Shown: positions 47,997 to 56,559 of the stretch, piece after piece
Position numbering within the stretch: position 1 is the stretch's first letter
How the letters are laid out: each line of letters begins with the position of its first letter
NCBI GenBank assembly: GCA_038064735.1
Contig: JBBTSI010000003.1
Coordinates: forward strand, 90,525 to 154,524
DNA: 64,000 nt
Direction of reading: 5' to 3'
Source: Patescibacteria group bacterium
GTDB taxonomy: Bacteria; Patescibacteriota; Minisyncoccia; Phycocordibacterales; WO2-35-19
Notes under the pieces: generated by a model
Databases searched by the model: none
What the model saw: the letters and a program-made list of their open reading frames with translations, nothing else
Told to the model about the DNA's origin: nothing
Program-made: the position numbers and the translations under genes

Positions 47997-48062
47997 TCCC
48001 GTTAGAAATTCAAACAACTAACGAATTCAATAAAATTATAATAAATAAAATTTCTAACGGGA
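47997..48062. mobile_element. MITE-like element, copy 2
   Basis: Same TIR TCCCGTTAGAAAT...ATTTCTAACGGGA; TGAA duplicated at 47993-47996 and 48063-48066. Confidence 0.8.
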
Positions 48063-48919
48063 TGAAATCGTTACGCGAATATATTGCTGAGGCCGAAGAA
48101 AAAAAAGTGGCTATTGGGCATTTTAATATTTCTGATAGTGTCGGATTTTGGGCAGTAGTAAATGCCGCCAAGAAATTAAATTTGCCTATCATCATTGGTG
48201 TCAGCGAAGGTGAAAGAGATTTCTTGGGTGTAAAGCAAGTGAGGGCTTTGGTAAATACATTAAAAGATGAAATGCCAATTTTCCTCAACGCTGATCATAC
48301 TTATTCAGTAGAAAGAGTGAAAGAAGTTGTGGATGTCGGATTTGATGCGGTTATTATAGATGGTGCGGAAAAATCTTTTGAAGAAAATTTGAAAATGACT
48401 AAAGAGTCGGTTGATTATGTAAAAAGTATTGGAAAAAATGTATTAGTTGAAGCGGAGCTAGGCTTTATTGGCAAATCTTCAACTGTTTGGGATGAAGTGC
48501 CAAGTGGCGCAGATGCTGTGATGACCAAACCTGAGGAAGCGAAAGAATTTGTAGAAGCGACGGGTATTGATTTGTTTGCTCCGGCTGTTGGCAACATTCA
48601 TGGTATGGCTAAAAATTTAAATATTAATTTTGAAAAATTAGATATAGAAAGAATAAAAGCAGTCAGAGAGGCAGCAGGTGTGCCTTTAGTCTTGCATGGT
48701 GGTTCGGGTATCACTGACCCAGAATTTAAAGCTGCTATTAGCGCCGGTATTTCAGTAATCCACATTAATACCGAAATCCGTTTGGCTTATAGGCAAAATC
48801 TTCAAAAATCTCTTTGTGAAAATCTTGATGAAATGGCCCCTTACAAATTCCTTCGCTCTGGCCGTGACGGCATGCAAGCTGTCATTGAAAAACGCCTCGC
48901 CCTGTTCAATAATTTGTAA
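48062..48919 (+). CDS. fba: Class II fructose-bisphosphate aldolase
   Basis: GHFNI, NADH, VEAELG, AVGNIHG, LVLHGGSG, INTE. Confidence 0.93.
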   Translation: MKSLREYIAEAEEKKVAIGHFNISDSVGFWAVVNAAKKLNLPIIIGVSEGERDFLGVKQVRALVNTLKDEMPIFLNADHTYSVERVKEVVDVGFDAVIIDGAEKSFEENLKMTKESVDYVKSIGKNVLVEAELGFIGKSSTVWDEVPSGADAVMTKPEEAKEFVEATGIDLFAPAVGNIHGMAKNLNINFEKLDIERIKAVREAAGVPLVLHGGSGITDPEFKAAISAGISVIHINTEIRLAYRQNLQKSLCENLDEMAPYKFLRSGRDGMQAVIEKRLALFNNL

Positions 48920-48951
48920 TTTTAAACTTAAGATGTTAGGATGTTTTGGCT

Positions 48952-49602
48952 ATGACAATAAACTTAAAAGCGGAAAAAAGGACGAAAATAGGGAAGTTGG
49001 AATCTCTTAGAGCAGAGGGTTTTATACCTGCGGTTTTTTATGGGCACAAAAAAGAAGCTACTCCAATTCAAATTAATAAAACTGATTTTATCAAAGCTTG
49101 GAAAAACGCCGGAGAATCAACTGTTATTAAACTCAGTACTCCAGAAGGAGAAATAGAGGCTCTCATTCATGATGTTGATTTGGATCCTATTACAGGTGAA
49201 GCCAGACATGCCGACTTTTATGTCTTCGAAAAAGGCCATAAAGTAGAAATTGACGTACCTATTGAATTCGTTGGCGTTTCTGTAGCTGTCAAAGATTTGG
49301 GCGGTACACTCATGAAAATTTTGCATGAAATAAAAGTTAAAGCTGAACCATCAAATTTACCTCATCAAATTGAAGTTGATATTTCTTCTATTACCGAACT
49401 TGAAGGTCAGATTTTAGCTAAAGATATTGTTTTACCAAAAGGTGTTGAACTTATGGAACATGCAGAAGAAGTGATAGTGACTGTCGCTACCCCAAGAGCT
49501 GAAAAAGTTGAAGAAGAAGCTCCTGCCGACCTCTCATCTATTGAAGTTGAAAAGAAAGGCAAAGCTGAAGAAGCTGAAGGGGAAGAAGCTCCAAAAGAAT
49601 AA
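48952..49602 (+). CDS. rplY: 50S ribosomal protein bL25/Ctc
   Basis: LRAEGFIPAVFYG, HADF, VPIEFVG, LPHQIEVDIS. Confidence 0.94.
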   Translation: MTINLKAEKRTKIGKLESLRAEGFIPAVFYGHKKEATPIQINKTDFIKAWKNAGESTVIKLSTPEGEIEALIHDVDLDPITGEARHADFYVFEKGHKVEIDVPIEFVGVSVAVKDLGGTLMKILHEIKVKAEPSNLPHQIEVDISSITELEGQILAKDIVLPKGVELMEHAEEVIVTVATPRAEKVEEEAPADLSSIEVEKKGKAEEAEGEEAPKE

Positions 49603-49607
49603 GCTAA

Positions 49608-49637
49608 ATTAGCCACTTTTTCGCGGTCGCGAATTTT
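49608..49637 (+). repeat. Dispersed 30-bp repeat with TTCGCGGTCGCGAA core, copy 1
   Basis: ATTAGCCACTTTTTCGCGGTCGCGAATTTT; inverted copy at 55801-55830. Confidence 0.75.
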
Positions 49638-49759
49638 TGGACGATTATAGACATTTTTTAAAAATCCTGTATAATAATCTACAGAGTTGTTTTCTGTCAA
49701 ACCATCCTGAACTCAACACCCCACGGGGAAATGAGCGGGAAAATTATAGGGAGATTGTG

Positions 49760-50278
49760 ATGAAAAAAATAATTGTTTTAGTGGTAGGGGTTATTTTGTT
49801 TATGTATGGACTCCTGTCTATGCATGTGGGGCAATCTGTCTCGAATCCTAAGGACATTGTATGTGCGGTTTCGCTCTTTGTTGGTGTTTTATTAGTCCTT
49901 TGGTCGTTTGGTATTCTTGAAAGAACAAGATATACCGCAGAGATTCCTCGTCCCATCGTCTGTAAGTGGACACATAATGGCGAAACCATTATTACTTCTA
50001 AAGAGGTCTATGATCTTAGTTTAAGGATGAAAGAGCAACTGGTGAAAATCACTCAATCTTCTAAACCGGAAAAATTTCGTGTGAGACCTTTTATTTACAC
50101 AATTTTTAGTAAAAAAAGAATTATCAGTATTACAGAAAAACAACTTGAGGATATTTTATCATCGTGCTTAATTCAAAATGTAGAGATGATGTTTCCTCCC
50201 CACAACGGTATTTCTGCTGATTATAAAGAAATGTGGAAATTACTTCATGGGGAAAATTCAACACCTCCGACAGATTGA
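49760..50278 (+). CDS. Orphan two-TM hypothetical protein
   Basis: AGGGAG SD before MKKIIVL; near-perfect palindrome at 50283-50315 downstream. Confidence 0.7.
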   Translation: MKKIIVLVVGVILFMYGLLSMHVGQSVSNPKDIVCAVSLFVGVLLVLWSFGILERTRYTAEIPRPIVCKWTHNGETIITSKEVYDLSLRMKEQLVKITQSSKPEKFRVRPFIYTIFSKKRIISITEKQLEDILSSCLIQNVEMMFPPHNGISADYKEMWKLLHGENSTPPTD

Positions 50279-50336
50279 CACGTAACGGCTCAGATACCTG
50301 GTATCTGAGCCGTTAAATTTTTGCTATAATAACTAG

Positions 50337-51728
50337 ATGGAAAAATACAGTTTTATTTTTGGTATTTTCATAATTTTTTTCCTTGCTGCCAGCTATTTAT
50401 TACCTACTTCCGCTCACGCCCAACTGACCGAACAACAAAAGAATGACCAAGAAGCCAAGTGGCGGGCTGAACTTGTAGCGACCGAAAAAGAAATCGCAGA
50501 ATGGCAAAGTGTACTTGATAAGACCAAAACTGGTACCGCTTCACTCCAGAGAGACTCAGCTATTCTTCAGGCCAAAATAAATGAAGCCAAAGCTTTCATA
50601 AAACAAAGGCAAATTCAAATACAACAATTAACCAGCCAGATTAATGTAAAAACTAAGACTATTTCTGAATTGGAAGCCAAAATAAACCGAGGCAAAGAAT
50701 CACTCTCGGCGATTTTGCGTTCAACTAATGAATTAGACAGATATTCTTTGGTAGAAGTGATGCTTTCCAATAAAAACTTTTCGGAATTTTTTAGTGATGT
50801 TGATTCTTATAATTCCATAAAAGTAGCTCTTGAAAATAAATTTAACGAAATCAGAGATTTACAAAACAAAACTGATGGTGAAAGAAAAATTCTTGATGAA
50901 AAAAGAATAGCCGAAGCCGATACTAAAGCTAGGGTGGAAGCAGACAAAAAGAAAGTTGAGCTGGATGAAAAAGAAAAACAAAGACTTATAACTATAAATA
51001 AAACACAAGAGAAAACTTATGCTCAAGTTATTGCTGAAAAAGAAAAAAAAGCCGCACAAATCAGAGCCGCTCTCTTCTCATTGCGTGATACGGAAGGTAT
51101 TCCATTTGGCGATGCTCTAAAGTTTGCTACTTTAGCTTCGCAAAAAACCGGCGTACGCCCAGCTCTTATTTTAGCTATTCTTACTCAAGAGTCGGATTTA
51201 GGTAAAAATCAAGGATCGTGCTTGGTAAATAATTTGGATACTGGAGATGGAGCCGGCAAAAACACAGGCACTTTTTTTGAACGAGTTATGAAAGCTCCAC
51301 GTGATACCGCACCTTTCAAAGATATAACTAACAGATTAGGTAAAGATTGGAAAATGACTCCAGTGTCTTGTCCTCCAGGTACCATATGGAGCTCGACTCG
51401 TGGTTATGGTGGAGGTATGGGTCCATCACAATTTATTCCTTCCACCTGGGAGCTTTTCAAAAACAGATTGGGTAGTACTCTGGGGATGAGTGGAAATAGT
51501 GTTAATCCTTGGAATCCAGAGCATTCTATATTGGCTACTGCAGTTTATATGGCTGATTTGGGAGCAGCTGGTGGTGGTTATACTGCTGAACGTAATGCTG
51601 CTTGTAGATATTATTCTGGACGAGCTTGTGATAGTAAAAAACCAGCAAATTCATTTTATGGTACTCAAGTTTTGGCTAAAGCCGAAAATATCCAACTTAC
51701 GATGATCGACCCACTTGAAGGTTTTTAA
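50337..51728 (+). CDS. Secreted coiled-coil lytic transglycosylase (SLT/MltB-like)
   Basis: Signal peptide, long coiled coil, AILTQES, GGGMGPSQFIPSTW, NPWN. Confidence 0.88.
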   Translation: MEKYSFIFGIFIIFFLAASYLLPTSAHAQLTEQQKNDQEAKWRAELVATEKEIAEWQSVLDKTKTGTASLQRDSAILQAKINEAKAFIKQRQIQIQQLTSQINVKTKTISELEAKINRGKESLSAILRSTNELDRYSLVEVMLSNKNFSEFFSDVDSYNSIKVALENKFNEIRDLQNKTDGERKILDEKRIAEADTKARVEADKKKVELDEKEKQRLITINKTQEKTYAQVIAEKEKKAAQIRAALFSLRDTEGIPFGDALKFATLASQKTGVRPALILAILTQESDLGKNQGSCLVNNLDTGDGAGKNTGTFFERVMKAPRDTAPFKDITNRLGKDWKMTPVSCPPGTIWSSTRGYGGGMGPSQFIPSTWELFKNRLGSTLGMSGNSVNPWNPEHSILATAVYMADLGAAGGGYTAERNAACRYYSGRACDSKKPANSFYGTQVLAKAENIQLTMIDPLEGF

Positions 51729-51796
51729 AGTTATCCCCAGTTTTTTGATGTAACATTTTGTTGACAAATACGGTGCTGTTTAGTAACCTTGAATAC

Positions 51797-51968
51797 AGTG
51801 GTGTTCAGGCGACTACCCCTAAGGTAGCCTAACCGTTAGCGCAAAAAACCAAAAAAAAGAGAGGCGGGACTCTTAATCATCCGCACTAGGGCCACCCCCA
51901 TTTTAAAAAACAATGCTCTTATTAGAGCAATATGCGCACAATGCGCAGTAAAATGGGTGGCCCTTTTT
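51797..51968 (+). ncRNA. Candidate structured RNA upstream of rpmE
   Basis: TTGACA upstream; stems GGC..CTACC/GGTAGCC and GCGG/CCGC; branched hairpin 51888-51964 followed by a T-run. Confidence 0.4.
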
Positions 51969-52016
51969 ACTTGTATTAAAATTTGTATATATTCTGCAAT
52001 ATGTTATACTAACTAT

Positions 52017-52244
52017 ATGAAAACCGATATTCACCCAAAATACAATACAGATGCCAAAGTTACTTGCTCTTGCGGTAACAAGTTTTCTGTTGGTTCAACT
52101 CAAAAAGAAATAAATGTTGAAATTTGTAGCGCTTGTCACCCATTCTTTACTGGGAATGAAAAGGTTATTGATGCCGCCGGAAGAGTAGAAAGATTTAAAG
52201 CCAGAAAGGCTGCTGCCAAACCAAAGCTCTCAAAGAAGGCTTAG
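52017..52244 (+). CDS. rpmE: 50S ribosomal protein bL31 (zinc-binding type)
   Basis: [29 protein letters not shown]. Confidence 0.97.
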   Translation: MKTDIHPKYNTDAKVTCSCGNKFSVGSTQKEINVEICSACHPFFTGNEKVIDAAGRVERFKARKAAAKPKLSKKA

Positions 52245-53213
52245 ATGGACTTAGAAAAATACAAAAAAAATCCTAAGACGCAATATTTAGCGGAAAATTT
52301 AGAAAGGCTTCTAAAAGAAGAAGCTGATATTTTGGTGTTAATTGAGGAGAATGAACCCACCTCATCGGCGGACTTACGAGAAATGGCTGAAGCGGATTTG
52401 AAAAATATTCAAATTCAAAAAGAAGCATCTGTCAAACAGATGGATGAAATTTTGGAAGAAGAAATCCGCAAAGCCAAAGAGGACGAGGAGTTTCCAAATG
52501 AGATTATTCTAGAAGTTAGAGCTGGTGCCGGTGGGGAAGAAGCTTCCCTTTTTGCCGAAGAATTGGCTACGATGTACCGCAAATATGCCGATACTAAAGG
52601 TTGGTCAGTTTCTATCTTGGACGAATCCGAATCATCACTCGGTGGTTATAAAGAAGCATCTTTTGAAATTCATGGTAGAGATGTTTATAAGGAAATGCGT
52701 TTTGAAACTGGTATTCACAGAGTGCAAAGAGTGCCAGCTACCGAAAAAATGGGCCGAGTACACACTTCTACTGCTTCAGTCGCTATTCTTCCGCTCAGGA
52801 AAAATACTAAGGTTACGATTAACCCCGCTGATTTGGAAGTGGCCTTTTCCCGCGCTGGTGGTAAGGGTGGTCAAAACGTTAACAAAGTTGAAACTGCTGT
52901 TCGTCTTACTCACAAGCCGACAGGTATCGTTGTTAGTTGCCGGGCCGAGAGAAGCCAGCAAGCCAATAGAGAAAAAGCTATGGAAGTTTTGGAGGCCAGA
53001 CTTGATGAAATGGCCAGAGAAGAAGATGCCAAAAAATATGCTGCTGATCGCAAGGAGCAAGTTGGTACCGGAGATAGAAGTGAAAAAATTCGTACTTATA
53101 ACTTCCCTCAAGACCGCATCACTGACCACCGTTTAAATAAAAGTTGGCATAATATTGAACTTATAATGAAAGGTCAATTTGCCCCTGTGGTTGACGCCTT
53201 CAAGCAAATTTGA
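52245..53213 (+). CDS. prfA: Peptide chain release factor 1
   Basis: [18 protein letters not shown] (PxT), [12 protein letters not shown]. Confidence 0.96.
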   Translation: MDLEKYKKNPKTQYLAENLERLLKEEADILVLIEENEPTSSADLREMAEADLKNIQIQKEASVKQMDEILEEEIRKAKEDEEFPNEIILEVRAGAGGEEASLFAEELATMYRKYADTKGWSVSILDESESSLGGYKEASFEIHGRDVYKEMRFETGIHRVQRVPATEKMGRVHTSTASVAILPLRKNTKVTINPADLEVAFSRAGGKGGQNVNKVETAVRLTHKPTGIVVSCRAERSQQANREKAMEVLEARLDEMAREEDAKKYAADRKEQVGTGDRSEKIRTYNFPQDRITDHRLNKSWHNIELIMKGQFAPVVDAFKQI

Positions 53214-53229
53214 TAAGATTTTACACTGT

Positions 53230-53916
53230 ATGACAGAAGTAACAAAAACAGAAGCAAATCTCGACGAGCTCTTTAAAGCAGGAGCTCATTTTGGATTTGG
53301 AAAGTCTCGAAGACACCCAAGCTTGGCTTCCTTTATTTTTGGCTCCAAAAATAGAGTGGATATTTTTGATTTGGAGAGAACTAGTGAAGCTATGGAAAAG
53401 GCCTGCGCTTTTGTCGCCGAATTGGCTGCCACTAAAGCTACTATCCTTTTTGTGGGTGGTAAAAATGAAGCTCAAAATATAATAAAAGAAGAAGCAGAGA
53501 AAGCTGGCATGCCTTATTTGGCTAGTCGTTGGATCGGTGGTACTCTCACCAACTTTCCGGAAATAAGAAAGAGAATTGATATTATGGTTGACCTCTTAAA
53601 TCAAAAAGAAAAAGGCGAACTCAGTAAATATACTAAAAAAGAAAGAATCCTTATTGATAGAAAAATAGATAAACTTCAAAGAATGTTTTGGGGTATCAAA
53701 GATATGACCAACTTGCCAAAGGCTTTGTTTATTGTTGATCCAAGATACGAGGAAACCGCTTTAAGAGAAGCCAAAAATTTAAATATTCCAGTCATTGCAC
53801 TTTGTGGTTCCGACAACGACATTGCCGATATTGATTATCCTATTCCTGCCAATGATTCCAACATTGCCAGCATCAAGTATTTTGTAAGCAAGATTGTAGA
53901 AGTTTACAAAGTATAA
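53230..53916 (+). CDS. rpsB: 30S ribosomal protein uS2
   Basis: AGAHFG, RWIGGTLTN, IPAND. Confidence 0.96.
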   Translation: MTEVTKTEANLDELFKAGAHFGFGKSRRHPSLASFIFGSKNRVDIFDLERTSEAMEKACAFVAELAATKATILFVGGKNEAQNIIKEEAEKAGMPYLASRWIGGTLTNFPEIRKRIDIMVDLLNQKEKGELSKYTKKERILIDRKIDKLQRMFWGIKDMTNLPKALFIVDPRYEETALREAKNLNIPVIALCGSDNDIADIDYPIPANDSNIASIKYFVSKIVEVYKV

Positions 53917-54018
53917 ATTTTTTAATTTCTGATTTTTAATGTTTAAAAATTAGAAATTTAGATATTATTTACAAAATTAAAAATTGGAAATTATAAATTC
54001 TTAAGATATAATTTAAAT

Positions 54019-54606
54019 ATGGAAATCACAACAGAAATAATAAAAAAGTTAAGAGATGAGACTGGTGTCTCTGTAATGCAATGCAAAAAAGCTTTGGAAG
54101 AGACCGGAGGAGATATTGAAAAAGCTAAAATATTGTTGCGTAAGATAAGCAAACAATCAGCTGATAAGAAGATTGGCCGAACCCTTGGAGCAGGCTCTGT
54201 AGCTTCGTACATTCACGGAAACGGCTCTGTTGGAGCTATGGTGGAACTTCTATGCGAAACCGATTTCGTGGCTCGTAATGATGATTTTAAAGCCTTAGCC
54301 AAGGATATTGCTATGCATATCACTGCTTTGGCACCAGAATACCTCAAAATGGAGGATGTAAAGGAGGAAGACAAAATTAAAGCTAAAGAACTTTTCGAAA
54401 AGGACCTTGATGAGTCGAAATCAAAAGAGATGCGTGATAAAATAATGGAAGGCAAACTCTCCGCATATTTTGGAGAAAAAGTTTTGCTTGAACAAGCCTT
54501 TATTAAAAATCCCGAGGTCAATATTCGCACCTTGGTGGAACAGGCCAATCAAAAATTTGGAGAAAGAACCGAGATAGGAAGATTTGTCAGGTTCTCTATT
54601 AGCTAA
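54019..54606 (+). CDS. tsf: Elongation factor Ts (short form)
   Basis: LRDETG...CKKAL, CETDFVA, IAMHI. Confidence 0.96.
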   Translation: MEITTEIIKKLRDETGVSVMQCKKALEETGGDIEKAKILLRKISKQSADKKIGRTLGAGSVASYIHGNGSVGAMVELLCETDFVARNDDFKALAKDIAMHITALAPEYLKMEDVKEEDKIKAKELFEKDLDESKSKEMRDKIMEGKLSAYFGEKVLLEQAFIKNPEVNIRTLVEQANQKFGERTEIGRFVRFSIS

Positions 54607-54615
54607 ATTTAAAAT

Positions 54616-55014
54616 ATGACAACAACTATAGTTGTGTTTGCTTCATCTCTCTTTTTACTGGCAGTTTTTGTAGCAATAAAAGCGGTTGAGGTGAAATACG
54701 AAAAAAGAAATTTATTGCTTTGTCTTTTGGGTAAATGTGATACCAAATCAGAAAAATTAGTTTCTGATTTCAAATTCAAAACATTACAAATCATACAGAG
54801 TGTCCGCTATATCGTTTTGGTTCAAGTGAAAGAGGTTTGTAAAACATTGCTTGAAAATGTTGAAGAAAAGATTGTGAACGAATATAGAGCGAGACACATG
54901 ATGATTATGGGGCACAAAGAGATAGCAAACAAAGGTTCGGTATCTTTTTATCTCAAAAAAATCAATGAAGGTAAAACTTTGAGCGGAAGAGGGAAGATAG
55001 AGGAAGTTTTGTAA
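54616..55014 (+). CDS. Hypothetical membrane-anchored protein
   Basis: N-terminal TM helix; follows tsf closely. Confidence 0.7.
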   Translation: MTTTIVVFASSLFLLAVFVAIKAVEVKYEKRNLLLCLLGKCDTKSEKLVSDFKFKTLQIIQSVRYIVLVQVKEVCKTLLENVEEKIVNEYRARHMMIMGHKEIANKGSVSFYLKKINEGKTLSGRGKIEEVL

Positions 55015-55048
55015 AATTTTAAAATTCAGGTATATTTAGTCAGAGTTT

Positions 55049-55124
55049 GCCGACATAGCTCAGTTGGTAGAGCGCCACTTTTGTAAAGTGGATGTCCGGG
55101 GTTCGAACCCTCGTGTCGGCTCCA
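55049..55124 (+). tRNA. tRNA-Thr(TGT)
   Basis: GCCGACA/TGTCGGC acceptor, CCACT-TTTGTAA-AGTGG, encoded CCA. Confidence 0.95.
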
Positions 55125-55179
55125 AGTTATCCACATTTATGAATACCGTCTGCAATATTGTAAATGGTATTCTGTATAT

Positions 55180-55779
55180 ATGAAAAAAAATTTAGGTTTA
55201 AAAATATTTATAATAATTTTAGTGTTATTAACCATTTGTTTTGTAACAGCATTTATTGGTTTTTCTGTAAAAAGAGATGTTTCTTTAAGTAAGAATCTTT
55301 GGGGAGGGTATGAATACCAAAAAGAATATGTTCTTGAACAAGATGTTTTTCTTATGTCTTTGGATAAATTATCTGGAACAGCTGGAGAACGGCTCGCTAT
55401 AGTTCCAGAAAAATCTTTTCATGGTAGAAGTTTTGCTAGAATGAATAGTTCACCAAACACGATAGCTGAGTATAAACAAAACCCTGAGAAAGCCAGTAAA
55501 ATTATTTTAACAGACGGTTCATTTTACCCTATAGAAGTCAAGGGAATTCTAAAAAAAGGAACAAGATTTCAAACTTATAAATTAGAAGAACACTATCAAT
55601 ACAGTTTGTTTGGTTATGATCTTTTAGATAAAAATCTTTATTATTACGTCAAAATTATCGATGGAGAGTTTGCTGGAGCTATTGCTACTATTGAAGATAT
55701 CTCATTTCATTATGAAGAGGATGGTATTTTCAAATATGAACCTGAAGAATTACTCGTTTCGCCTAATTTTTCTAATTAA
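55180..55779 (+). CDS. Hypothetical exported protein
   Basis: N-terminal TM/signal segment; AT-rich; next to tRNA-Thr. Confidence 0.7.
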   Translation: MKKNLGLKIFIIILVLLTICFVTAFIGFSVKRDVSLSKNLWGGYEYQKEYVLEQDVFLMSLDKLSGTAGERLAIVPEKSFHGRSFARMNSSPNTIAEYKQNPEKASKIILTDGSFYPIEVKGILKKGTRFQTYKLEEHYQYSLFGYDLLDKNLYYYVKIIDGEFAGAIATIEDISFHYEEDGIFKYEPEELLVSPNFSN

Positions 55780-55800
55780 AATATTCAGCTACTGTATCTA

Positions 55801-55830
55801 AAATTTCGCGACCGCGAAAAAGTGACCAAT
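55801..55830 (-). repeat. Dispersed 30-bp repeat, copy 2
   Basis: Minus strand ATTGGTCACTTTTTCGCGGTCGCGAAATTT, 27/30 identical to 49608-49637. Confidence 0.75.
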
Positions 55831-55839
55831 CTTGTATAT

Positions 55840-56559
55840 TTATTTTACTTTAGTAGAAGTGGCTTTGGTGGATGAAGCTGTGGTGGCTTTGGCTTTAGCG
55901 ATGTCGATGGCTTTGAGAGCTGGGAGGATTTCTTTGATATCATCAACTGATTTGAAACCATAATAAACTTTATCGTTTATAAGTATGGCTGGTAGTTTAT
56001 TTTCTACATTGTAAACACTGATGAGAGTTTGCACCGCCGAAAGATCCAAATTGTAATCAAAAGAATAAACCCTTAGTTCTGGGTAATCTGATCTTAATTT
56101 GGTGAGGACATAACCTTCTCTTTGGCAATCAGGACAATCCCCTTTGTTTGAATAAAAATACATTATAAAAAGTCCGCTATTGGTTGAGCTTGAACCACAT
56201 TTATCTTTTATTTTTTGTATTAAAAGGAAGTCTTTAATTTGCAGGAGAGAGTAATATTTTTTTAGACTTAAAACTTCTGAATCATCGGAACCTCGATTTG
56301 CTTCAGTATATGAGAGTTTATCGCCGAGCGTAGCCAATTCTTTTGAAAGCAGACCGCTACTTATTTCTCGGCAAGGAAGTTCTGAAAGTAAGGAAAACTG
56401 AGTTTCCGAAGCTGAGATGTCTATTGAGATCTGACTTTCTATATCTTTGATTTCGTTTATCTTTTTTTGGCTAAAATAATTGCTGATATAAATCGCTGTC
56501 ATGAAAATGACAGCAGTAATAAGAAACGTATACGCGTATTTTTTCCAGCTTATCTCCAT
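55840..56559 (-). CDS. Membrane-anchored thioredoxin-like protein
   Basis: TM helix, YFYSNKGDCPDC, LPAILIN; overlaps the GT2 stop. Confidence 0.7.
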   Translation of the reverse strand: MEISWKKYAYTFLITAVIFMTAIYISNYFSQKKINEIKDIESQISIDISASETQFSLLSELPCREISSGLLSKELATLGDKLSYTEANRGSDDSEVLSLKKYYSLLQIKDFLLIQKIKDKCGSSSTNSGLFIMYFYSNKGDCPDCQREGYVLTKLRSDYPELRVYSFDYNLDLSAVQTLISVYNVENKLPAILINDKVYYGFKSVDDIKEILPALKAIDIAKAKATTASSTKATSTKVK

